A DNA stretch of 64,000 nt from a virus, in the IMG/VR virus record IMGVR_UViG_3300048591_000348, positions 1 through 64,000 of that record, one strand, 5' to 3'. Numbering within the stretch: the first letter of the stretch is position 1; every line of letters begins with the position of its first letter. Below the pieces are notes generated by a model. The model had not been told where the DNA came from. It saw only the letters and a list, made by a program, of their open reading frames with translations, and searched no databases. Made by a program: the position numbers and the translations under genes. Of the stretch, positions 38,333-46,726 are shown piece after piece.

Positions 38333-38851
38333 TTAAGCGACGGCCTCCTCGGCTTCGCCTTCCTCGTCGTCGTCCGTCTCTTCTTCATCGACGGCGAGAT
38401 GTTCGATCACATCGTCGGGCAACAGCAAGCTGGCCAGAAGCTGTTTACCGTTGATCTCGAGGACGACATCGTCATCGTAAAGTGGGACGCCCGATATCGC
38501 GCATCGCGCGGCATCTCCGTCCCCATTGTCGACGATCGCGCCGCCTGGAGCCTCGTCATAAGCGCGGCATGCGATCTCGCTTGCCATGATCAGCTTACCG
38601 AGTCGCGGGTCTTCGACAAGAATCTTTTCCCGCTCGCCGTCGTACCATTTTCTGGTTTCATCCTGGCGACGCCTGTATTCTTCGCTTAGAGCCTCCATCT
38701 CACTGCGCTGATCATTCGTCAGATCTTTGCTTGAGATCTGTACCTTCCAGTATTCTTCGCGCGCCGCTTCTGCGATTACGAACAATCGCGCGGCTTCCTC
38801 TCGCTCGTCTCTGTCGGGCACTAAGGCCGCGTAGTCGGATTGATCTCTCAC
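38333..38851 (-). CDS. Acidic hypothetical protein
   Basis: Likely GTG start; RCAISGVPL. Confidence 0.55.
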   Translation of the reverse strand: MRDQSDYAALVPDRDEREEAARLFVIAEAAREEYWKVQISSKDLTNDQRSEMEALSEEYRRRQDETRKWYDGEREKILVEDPRLGKLIMASEIACRAYDEAPGGAIVDNGDGDAARCAISGVPLYDDDVVLEINGKQLLASLLLPDDVIEHLAVDEEETDDDEEGEAEEAVA

Positions 38852-38987
38852 CCCTTTTTCCCTCGCCTTACGACGCGCACGCGTTTTGAATTGCGTTGCC
38901 TGATCTTCTCGGAAACGGACTGCTTCCGCTTGCCGCGAACAATCTTTCCGTCTTTGCCTATGCAAAACGATTTGCCGAGGCGAGCGC

Positions 38988-39608
38988 TCATGCTGAAGCC
39001 TCATCGAACATACCTGCCTGATCCCCGAACGACTCCCATGTGGGCCGTGTTTCGCGCGAGAACACATCGGCAGCCCGTCCGAACGGAATGAGTTGGCGTG
39101 CCATCTCATAGGCTTCATCGGGCTTCCGAGAGTGCTCTCTTGCCCTCGCCAGGATTGCTGATCGCACGGATTTCGACTGCGTTCGGATCCGGCCAATCTT
39201 TCCGATCAGAAACAGCTCGTGGGCCCCTCGCAGCACATAGCCAGTACCGAAGCCGACTTTCCCATTCTTCGTCGTCTTCACCCATGCGCCACTCGTGACG
39301 AATTTGAAGCCCCAATCCTCCAGTATTCTGATCTGCTGCTGGATCCCCGGTGCGGTGCACCACATCCACAAAAGCATGCCGTCCTTGTGGGCGAGATCTT
39401 TCACCGGCAATGCCGCGATCTCGTCCATCGTCATGGTTCGATACTTGGCTTGCGGTGACTTCCCACATCCTTTCTCAGAGAATGTTCGAAAGCGCCATGC
39501 GGGATCGATCATCGCGAGCGAATATGCACCAGGCTCAAGGTCACCGAACGGCCAGTTCGGAAAGCGACAGTCTTCACTGAAGAGATCTTCCTGGCGCAGA
39601 TCGATCAC
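38988..39608 (-). CDS. MT-A70 family adenine methyltransferase
   Basis: IDPAW, LWMWCT, WGF, WVK, GTGYVLRGAHE, REHSRKP, FSR, FGDQ. Confidence 0.93.
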   Translation of the reverse strand: MIDLRQEDLFSEDCRFPNWPFGDLEPGAYSLAMIDPAWRFRTFSEKGCGKSPQAKYRTMTMDEIAALPVKDLAHKDGMLLWMWCTAPGIQQQIRILEDWGFKFVTSGAWVKTTKNGKVGFGTGYVLRGAHELFLIGKIGRIRTQSKSVRSAILARAREHSRKPDEAYEMARQLIPFGRAADVFSRETRPTWESFGDQAGMFDEASA

Positions 39609-40672
39609 TCTGCATGCTCCATCACGTCCAGCAGACCACCGCGATCCCTGCCAAGCCGTCGCTCGGCCATAGCTGCGTATTCAGGGTTCAGCTCGATAAG
39701 GATCGCATTCCTCTGCAGCCGATCAGCTACAAGGGCCGTCGTTCCTGACCCGCCAAAGGGATCGAGAACCATCCCTCCCTTCGGACAACCGGCCTTGATA
39801 CAGATTTCTGGTAGCTCCGGTGGAAACGTTGCGAAGTGGGCTTCAGCAAATGGGGCTGTGGCAATCGTCCAAACTGAGCGCCGGTTGCGCCCATTTGCCA
39901 TTTGCTCTGCCCTTCCCATGGAATCCCATCGCTCGTTGAACCCTTGATGTTTCCTCTCGTGGCCTCGCCGGCGCTCGGGCAATTTTATGGTCTCATTCTT
40001 ACCGACGCGCTTGTTGCCTATTTGGGTGCGTGGCCCAGGTGTGCCACCGACATAGGATCCGCCACGAAAACCCATGGCGTCTTCGTTGCCTGAGCGCATC
40101 TCACGGACAGCATCGGCGTCGTAGAAGTAGCGCTCCGACTTTGTCATCAGGAACACGTACTCGTGTGATTTCGTGGGTCGATCGCGAATGCTTTCCGGCA
40201 TTGGATTCGGCTTTGACCAGATGATGTCAGACCGCAACCACCAGCCGTCATCCTGAAGCGCGAACGCGAGACGCCATGGCAGGCCCATCAGGTCTTTCGG
40301 TTTCAAACCCGGTGTCCGCTTAAGACTTCCCGTGTTAATTCCCCTTGGCGCCGCGTAAACTTGTCTACCACTGAGCTTCGATGCTGGACCGGGCGTTTCT
40401 CCGCGCGATTGCGCGCCCCATGATCCTGCGTAGGCATCGCCGTAATTGAGCCAGAGTGTGCCATCCGCGCGCAGAACACGGCGGATCTCGCCAAACACCG
40501 CAACAAGCCGATCGATATGCTCAAGCAGAGTTGGTTCACTGCCAATCTGGCCTTCAACGCCATAATCGCGCAGACCCCAGTACGGCGGGCTCGTCACGAC
40601 GCAATGCACCGACTCGCTGGGCAACTGGCGCAGACCGTCCATAACGTCGGCTTGAATAATTCTTACGGTCAT
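39605..40672 (-). CDS. Beta-class N4/N6 DNA methyltransferase
   Basis: TSPPY, IIWSKPNPMPES, HFATFP, LDPFGGSGTT. Confidence 0.95.
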   Translation of the reverse strand: MTVRIIQADVMDGLRQLPSESVHCVVTSPPYWGLRDYGVEGQIGSEPTLLEHIDRLVAVFGEIRRVLRADGTLWLNYGDAYAGSWGAQSRGETPGPASKLSGRQVYAAPRGINTGSLKRTPGLKPKDLMGLPWRLAFALQDDGWWLRSDIIWSKPNPMPESIRDRPTKSHEYVFLMTKSERYFYDADAVREMRSGNEDAMGFRGGSYVGGTPGPRTQIGNKRVGKNETIKLPERRRGHERKHQGFNERWDSMGRAEQMANGRNRRSVWTIATAPFAEAHFATFPPELPEICIKAGCPKGGMVLDPFGGSGTTALVADRLQRNAILIELNPEYAAMAERRLGRDRGGLLDVMEHAE

Positions 40673-41172
40673 AACTCTTCCCTCGCGAACTCACCGAAAG
40701 CAACACGGGCCGCCTGGGCGTAAGCTTTGGCCGCGGCGTCTCTCGTTTTGAACTGCCCGACGTGCTTCGTTCGACCAGAGACCGTGATTTTGGCTATCCA
40801 CCGTTGTTCTCTCTGACTGAAGTGCACGCCCCGCACGCCAGATCTACTCGACTTGCGCGGTGGCTGATTGGCGTGGTTCTGCGTGATGGTTGCTTCTCTC
40901 AAATTGTCGATTCGGTTATCCGACCGGTTCCCATTCTTGTGATCGATGGTGTACTCGGGCCAAACACCATAGGTGATCAACCACGCGAGCCTGTGACCGC
41001 GATAGCGGCGGTGAAGGACGAAAATGTCCCAGTAGCCGTTACTAGCCAGACTGCCAGCAATCTGGCCTGCCGACACTCGGCCACGGCTTTTGCGCCAACG
41101 GAGCTCGCCAGTAAGAGGATCGTAAGCAAGCAGGTGGCGCGCTTCATCGGCGTTGATGATGCGGACGGTCAC
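40669..41172 (-). CDS. HNH homing endonuclease with AP2 domain
   Basis: HRLAW, IDHKNGNRSDNRIDNLR, SGVRGV...W.A.I....HVGQF...AA.AY. Confidence 0.93.
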   Translation of the reverse strand: MTVRIINADEARHLLAYDPLTGELRWRKSRGRVSAGQIAGSLASNGYWDIFVLHRRYRGHRLAWLITYGVWPEYTIDHKNGNRSDNRIDNLREATITQNHANQPPRKSSRSGVRGVHFSQREQRWIAKITVSGRTKHVGQFKTRDAAAKAYAQAARVAFGEFAREEL

Positions 41173-41540
41173 ACACCACCCCCGAACCGCTGTCGATAAT
41201 GATCCAGCCTCTGCTCGAATGCCCTGCCATCGTCATCTTCCATTGCCCCGGGCGGAGGAACGCCAACGAATTGCCGAGGCACTGGCGGTGGTGTGGCACG
41301 GGGTGCCCCGTGGTCTATCTGGTGGCCAGATTGATTGTCAGATTGGCGGTCATGGGCTGCCACGGGCTGAGGCACCAGATGTCTGAATGCGGAGAGAAAT
41401 GCCGCGTCAGCATCGGCCTTTCTGGACAGTGCGTTGATAATTTCAACGAGCGCATCGCCGGATGCCTCATGGACACGCCGCGCCTCCTGGTAAAGATCGG
41501 CCAGCTTGGAATAGATGATCGATGGATCATGCTCCGGCAT
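41169..41540 (-). CDS. Hypothetical protein
   Basis: MPEHDP start after GGAG. Confidence 0.55.
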   Translation of the reverse strand: MPEHDPSIIYSKLADLYQEARRVHEASGDALVEIINALSRKADADAAFLSAFRHLVPQPVAAHDRQSDNQSGHQIDHGAPRATPPPVPRQFVGVPPPGAMEDDDGRAFEQRLDHYRQRFGGGV

Positions 41541-41829
41541 TCGTAATCTCCATAGCGGATTTATTGGCGGCATCCCGGCGGTCCGCCTTATGCGATGCTT
41601 TCCATGCGCGCGACCTGGCCCTGATCCTCTCCCTGTAACGAGGATCCGACGCCCACAATTCGTGGTGCCGCCGCCGGTATCTCTCTAACTCTCGATCTCG
41701 CTGGGTAAACCACCTTTGCCGGACCACCCTGACATACGACGGGTGACAGTCGACGACGGTCGCGATGTCTCGGTTTGAAAGTGTTCCATCCCTAATCAAC
41801 TCTTGTATTTGCTTTGATTTGGAGAGCAT
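41527..41829 (-). CDS. HTH protein
   Basis: LSNRDIATVVDCHPSYVRVVRQR. Confidence 0.7.
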   Translation of the reverse strand: MLSKSKQIQELIRDGTLSNRDIATVVDCHPSYVRVVRQRWFTQRDRELERYRRRHHELWASDPRYRERIRARSRAWKASHKADRRDAANKSAMEITNAGA

Positions 41830-41979
41830 ACCACCACCGTTGCAATTCGCCCCTCTGAATTGAGATCTCGGCGTGAGATCTCAAGTCGGAACGGCCTATT
41901 GCCAATGTGGCCGCCTCGGGAGCGTGATCCCGAGGCGGCCGAGTGCCGAGAAAAACTGGAGAGAGTTAAACTCGTCGAC

Positions 41980-42078
41980 TTACCATCCGCCTGGAAGCAG
42001 CATCGCCACCCCGACAAGGCCAACGATGGAGGCAACCAGAATGACGATGTCGGCTTTGGAGATTTCGTTGCTGTCCAT
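41980..42078 (-). CDS. 32-aa single-TM peptide
   Basis: MDSNEISKADIVILVASIVGLVGVAMLLPGGW, read manually, 1 nt after the porin stop. Confidence 0.5.
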   Translation of the reverse strand: MDSNEISKADIVILVASIVGLVGVAMLLPGGW

Positions 42079-42079
42079 C

Positions 42080-43246
42080 TCAGAACTTAATCCTTACGCC
42101 AGCCATTCCAACGGATGCGTCCAGGCCGCCGCCGATGTCGTATGACCGATACGAAACGAACGCATCGAGAGCCGCAGCGTCGATGCTCTGCACGATGCCG
42201 AGCCCCCAGAAGTCAGAGTCGACGTTCGCCGTCTTCAACTGATGGTCCGCGTACTCGGCATAGACCGCCGTGTTTCCCATGCCGAAGAAGTTGCGAGACA
42301 GGCCGCCACGGAGATGCCACATCTGAATATCGCCCCAGAGAGGGTGATCATCCTGGTGGCCGCCGGCGACATTGAGGAACACGCCAGTTGCGACATGCAG
42401 CATCGAGATGGACCCGGTCAGAGTCTTCATGTCGCTCATGCCGAACCCGTCGAGATTCTCGACGCGGTAGCCAAGCCCAGCAGCGAGCCGCACGCCACCG
42501 AACTCGCCAGCGTAGCGCAACGCAACGTCATAGAGATCGTCCCCTGACGCTGTCTGACCGCCGCCCCAAGACGCCGACCCCTTGAAGCCGGCAAGCTCTG
42601 GCGTGTCGTACCGAAGGACTTCCGCTCGTCCGCCGTCGAAGCCAACGGGATTGACGATTCCGAGCCCAATTCCGGGGAGGCCGGAATAGGTCCACATCGG
42701 CTCGGCCGAGAGCGGCAGGGACGCGATGTTGGTGTTAGAGAGATCAATCTCAGCGATCCCGTCCGTCGCCGTCGATGTCCGGCCAATGCTGACGCGGCCG
42801 ACGGAAGAATCCAACCACGCCACCGAGTGGCGTACGGTCATGTCGTTAACCATGCTGCCGGCGCCGAGCAGGCCGCCCGCAGTTTCGTCGATGCCCAGCT
42901 CGATCATGAACCCGGCCTTCATTGTCGGACTGATCGTCGCCTCCCCTGAGAAGCGAAGCTTGGTGCCGCTGTTGGGGTTGTCGATGATGCGCCCCTTGCC
43001 GTCACCGGGCAAACCGCTTAGATCGTTCCACAAAATTGCTTTGCTGACCTCGCCGGAGATCGTCAGCCTGACCTTGCGATTGCCCTTCCTGGCGACGGTC
43101 GCCTCGAGCTCTGCCACGCGCTCTTCGAGGTCCGCGCAGCAATCCCCCCCGAGGTCGGCGGCCTTCGCCGCGGGCATGTAGGCGTATCCGCCAATCGCGG
43201 CGGCGGCGGCGATACCACCGCCGATCAGCCAATTCTTCATAGCCAT
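42080..43246 (-). CDS. Outer-membrane porin (Hyphomicrobiales type)
   Basis: Signal peptide AKA-A, ADLGGDCCADLEERVAELEATVARKGNRKV, RYDTP, amphipathic strands, terminal Phe. Confidence 0.92.
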   Translation of the reverse strand: MAMKNWLIGGGIAAAAAIGGYAYMPAAKAADLGGDCCADLEERVAELEATVARKGNRKVRLTISGEVSKAILWNDLSGLPGDGKGRIIDNPNSGTKLRFSGEATISPTMKAGFMIELGIDETAGGLLGAGSMVNDMTVRHSVAWLDSSVGRVSIGRTSTATDGIAEIDLSNTNIASLPLSAEPMWTYSGLPGIGLGIVNPVGFDGGRAEVLRYDTPELAGFKGSASWGGGQTASGDDLYDVALRYAGEFGGVRLAAGLGYRVENLDGFGMSDMKTLTGSISMLHVATGVFLNVAGGHQDDHPLWGDIQMWHLRGGLSRNFFGMGNTAVYAEYADHQLKTANVDSDFWGLGIVQSIDAAALDAFVSYRSYDIGGGLDASVGMAGVRIKF

Positions 43247-43346
43247 GTTGGTTTGGTCCCTGATGGGCAGCATTACGCTTGCACGCGAACGCACCACTGG
43301 CCGCTGTGGCCATTAATCGAAACGATTCGTAGCGCTAGATATGTAT

Positions 43347-43365
43347 TGTTTCGATTTTGGGAACA
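43347..43365. promoter_or_regulatory. Operator family A copy upstream of the porin
   Basis: TGTTTC GATTTTG GGAACA. Confidence 0.65.
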
Positions 43366-43454
43366 AGAGAGGTAAGCTTAATTATGAGATCCCGCAAGGC
43401 CGCGTTGCCGTTCGGCACCAGCATTGCGGGCAGGCCAGAGCCCTGGTCGCGTCG

Positions 43455-43964
43455 CTAACGCGACGTCAGCCGCAGATCCTTGATGAACGTCCACCACGGA
43501 TCTCTATTCGGCATCTTCGGTTGCGTGGCGACGGCGGTTGATTGCGGCGCGAGCTTCCGGCACGCGGCCCAAGCCGCCCGCAAATCACGAACGGAGACAG
43601 ACCTGAGAACGATCCTGGGATCAGAACCCTCGTCGATCAGTTGCGCGTTGCGCAGTGATTCATCGAGCACGTATCGCCAGAACTCTACCTCCGACAATCT
43701 CTCGATCGCGTCCGTGCTGTTCTGTTTCTTGATCCACTCGACGTGGGCCTTGATTGCGGCCTCGATCTGCTGCTGACGTGTCATGCGCTTGAAAGTGGCC
43801 TCGTCCTGGTTCGAGCGGACACGGGATGCGGCGTTGAACGCAGGTGTGCCCCCATCGGAGCTTGCCCCCGGAGCATCCTCCGTCCGTGGGCGGGCGACCC
43901 GCCCTCCGGATTTGCTGACAACAGGCACGGTCCTGGATGAAGGCTGACGTCGAATGGATCGCAT
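43455..43964 (-). CDS. Hypothetical protein
   Basis: ORF in the operon; start uncertain. Confidence 0.5.
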   Translation of the reverse strand: MRSIRRQPSSRTVPVVSKSGGRVARPRTEDAPGASSDGGTPAFNAASRVRSNQDEATFKRMTRQQQIEAAIKAHVEWIKKQNSTDAIERLSEVEFWRYVLDESLRNAQLIDEGSDPRIVLRSVSVRDLRAAWAACRKLAPQSTAVATQPKMPNRDPWWTFIKDLRLTSR

Positions 43965-43977
43965 GTTGCGCTCGGCC

Positions 43978-44469
43978 TCAAGGATTGATGATGATTTCGC
44001 CGGACGCGTTGATCGAGCCGTGGATTGATTTGGGCGCCGACTTCGATGCGCGAGCTGTAGATGGAGACGGAGATGGAGACGGAGATGGAGGCGGAGGCGG
44101 AGCGGGCACCCTGTCTCCCCCCACGCCAGCGAGGATTGCTGTGGCGACCTCTTCCATACGAGCCATGTACGTCCCGCGAACGCCGCCCTGCTGAATCAAT
44201 TTCTCTGCGGCTCTGAGACCCGACGTCACCGTCGAATGATCTCGTCCGCCCAGCGCGCGCCCGATCCGAACATGCCCCAGCCCCTCGCGCTTCGCGATCC
44301 TCATCACTACGAACCTGGCGGAAACGACGTCTTGCGACTTGCCTTCCCCGAGCAGGATTGATTTTTCGATATGGCTGGCCTTCGCCACGGCGCCGATGAT
44401 CTGCTGCATGAGCAACGCGCGGATCTGTCCCGGCTTTGTGTGAGGCTGTGCAATGCGATCGTTTTCCAT
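43978..44469 (-). CDS. DnaA domain IV (C-terminal HTH) protein
   Basis: VVSARFVVM.......IGRALGGRDHSTV. Confidence 0.88.
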   Translation of the reverse strand: MENDRIAQPHTKPGQIRALLMQQIIGAVAKASHIEKSILLGEGKSQDVVSARFVVMRIAKREGLGHVRIGRALGGRDHSTVTSGLRAAEKLIQQGGVRGTYMARMEEVATAILAGVGGDRVPAPPPPPSPSPSPSPSTARASKSAPKSIHGSINASGEIIINP

Positions 44470-44472
44470 TTC

Positions 44473-45333
44473 CTAAGTCCCCGTTGCTTCGTGAATGGCA
44501 TGAATGGCCACGGCGGATTTCCACGCATCGAACACGTCGCTATCCCCGTTTGCGACCCACACATCGACCTCTCGCTTTCGCGTGGATAGCGGAGCCCGGT
44601 TTTGCGTTGTTTGCAGATGGTATCCGTCACGAGACTCCCAGGGGCGGCCATTGACGATGTAGCTCTGTCGCCATTTCTCGTCCCGAACGACGAGGGACGC
44701 GCCGTATTTCATGCCAGGCAGAATGAACCCAATGCGGACATCACTGATCAGGAGTGCCCCACAACTTCTGTCCCGCGCGACATAGACGTGCTGCCCCCAA
44801 AGCGCGGTCTCATTGCCTATGATCTCAGCGCCGGGGAACCTGCGCATCACCTCAGCACGAACAATGGCGATAGCCTTCGCCTTCATCCGCACCATGCGTT
44901 TGCGCTCAGCCGTCTCGCGATCGTGGCATGCCTTGTTGCAGAAGATTGAACCGGGATTCGGCTCATACGGATCGCAGATCGGCAGCGTCAGATCAGGCCC
45001 ATATTCCCGATCGAGCCCGTAATCTAGATAAGTATAGTGACCGGTATAAGGATCGCTCGTTCCAATAGCGCCATGGTCGATCTTGACGCCACAGCCATGA
45101 CACTCGACCCACCAGCCTTCATCGATGAGTTCAAGTCCGGGAACCGGGCCTGGTGCATGCTTGTCCCATCGCGCCCTTCGCATCGCTCTGATGCCGGCGA
45201 TGAACCGGTCTCCGTCACCGTGCTCATTGGCCCATAGGCGCTTCGCTTCGATCGACGATTTTGCGAAGATGATCTCGGAGTCTTCCGGATCGCCATTGCC
45301 GTCGACAAAGTAGCATCTCAACGAGGCTATCAT
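44473..45333 (-). CDS. Hypothetical protein (Cys motifs)
   Basis: GWWVECHGCG, FCNKAC. Confidence 0.65.
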   Translation of the reverse strand: MIASLRCYFVDGNGDPEDSEIIFAKSSIEAKRLWANEHGDGDRFIAGIRAMRRARWDKHAPGPVPGLELIDEGWWVECHGCGVKIDHGAIGTSDPYTGHYTYLDYGLDREYGPDLTLPICDPYEPNPGSIFCNKACHDRETAERKRMVRMKAKAIAIVRAEVMRRFPGAEIIGNETALWGQHVYVARDRSCGALLISDVRIGFILPGMKYGASLVVRDEKWRQSYIVNGRPWESRDGYHLQTTQNRAPLSTRKREVDVWVANGDSDVFDAWKSAVAIHAIHEATGT

Positions 45334-45950
45334 TCCGTTCGCTCCAATTCCCTCTCAGAAGGCCGCTGAGCGCCTTCCTCATCTTTGGCTACATCGGGTC
45401 GTAATTTTTCATTCTGCCCGTCCTGCGCAAACCTCGGGCGATCTACGGGCATTCCAGGGCGGTCCATCGGGGCGCGGGAGATTTTTGCGCAATCCTCGCA
45501 GTACGAGAGGCCAATAACCCGCGCCTCGCCGCAAAACCGAAACGTCTCCGTCCCCGGCATCCCGACCGGCCATCGGCAGTGGCGGTCTTCCAGCTGATCG
45601 AACGTGACCAGCTTCGCCGGATCGAAGTCCCTCCCGGAGCGATCGACATACGGCTCGACCGGGATCGGAGCGGACCGCGGCGCCGCCCGGTACGACGGCG
45701 AAGACGGCGAAGACGGCGACGGCGTGGCTGCCTGGCTGTAGCGCCTCGTCGGGATCGACGTCTTCGCCCGCCTTGGTACGCGCCCCTCGGAATTGATCCT
45801 CATCCGGTGCAGCCTGGAGATCACCGCGTTTCGCGTCAGCGCGATCCCGAATTTCAAGTTCGCGATGTTCGCGACCTGGCTGGCCGACTTGCCGGACTTC
45901 CATTCCGAGATCAGAAGTTCGACCAGGCCGGGGGTTTCCCAAACGGACAT
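45330..45950 (-). CDS. gcrA: GcrA cell-cycle regulator homologue
   Basis: W..G.SASQVA...TRNAVISRLHRM N-domain; CRWPVG...FCG...SYCEDC C-domain. Confidence 0.92.
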   Translation of the reverse strand: MSVWETPGLVELLISEWKSGKSASQVANIANLKFGIALTRNAVISRLHRMRINSEGRVPRRAKTSIPTRRYSQAATPSPSSPSSPSYRAAPRSAPIPVEPYVDRSGRDFDPAKLVTFDQLEDRHCRWPVGMPGTETFRFCGEARVIGLSYCEDCAKISRAPMDRPGMPVDRPRFAQDGQNEKLRPDVAKDEEGAQRPSERELERTE

Positions 45951-46723
45951 CAGCCGACCTCCCGCTTGGCTTCGGCGGCAAGGCGGTCCCGATCGCTCTG
46001 CCGTCCCTTGATGCGCCGATCGATCTCGTGGTCGACCCGCATCCCGGCGAGGAGATCTATTCGACCAGAAACATGATCCGCCAACACCTCGCGATGGACC
46101 GCGATCTTCTCGCCAATCTGAGCCATCGACCGGGCGAACGCCCAGCCTCCGCGCAGGCAGTGGGCATAGGCCCGATCAGCTTCCTGCGCCTGCACCCGGC
46201 AGTGATCGACCTCGGTCCGCGTGACCGTGGGCCACGCCAAGTCGCCGTCGATGGTCCGCTCGATCGTCTTGAGCGACGCCTTTGCCGTCTCGCTCGGCAT
46301 CCGCCCGTGCTCGACGATCCAGCCGTAGAGGGCGGTAACCCAACCCTCGGCGGCCGCCCGCCTCCCCATCGGGCCGCGGATCAGTTCCAGCGCCAGCCGC
46401 TTCCGGTGCCACGATCCCGGCTGTGTCGAGTTATCGCCGTCGAGCGGAAGCTCGCGGCGCTTGTCCTCAGCCGCGATGTCGTCGCAGATTTTCCGAATTG
46501 TCCCCGGCAGGGGGAACCTGCGGTCCGTCCCAGTCCATGTGTTGAGGATCTTGTCCGCAGCCCGCTTGACGACGTCGTCGCCGAACGGCCGGATCGTCTG
46601 CCCGATGGACGCGACCCAGGCTTCCTCCTTCGCCGCCCGGTTAGGGTCGCCCAGCGCGATCGGAACGTTGAAATGCACCCGCAGGGTCGTAATGAAATTC
46701 GCGATTGCGTCGATTGTCGCCAT
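45950..46723 (-). CDS. Replication accessory protein (possible helicase loader)
   Basis: Directly downstream of the initiator; RFPLPGTIRKIC. Confidence 0.5.
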   Translation of the reverse strand: MATIDAIANFITTLRVHFNVPIALGDPNRAAKEEAWVASIGQTIRPFGDDVVKRAADKILNTWTGTDRRFPLPGTIRKICDDIAAEDKRRELPLDGDNSTQPGSWHRKRLALELIRGPMGRRAAAEGWVTALYGWIVEHGRMPSETAKASLKTIERTIDGDLAWPTVTRTEVDHCRVQAQEADRAYAHCLRGGWAFARSMAQIGEKIAVHREVLADHVSGRIDLLAGMRVDHEIDRRIKGRQSDRDRLAAEAKREVG

Positions 46724-46726
46724 GGC

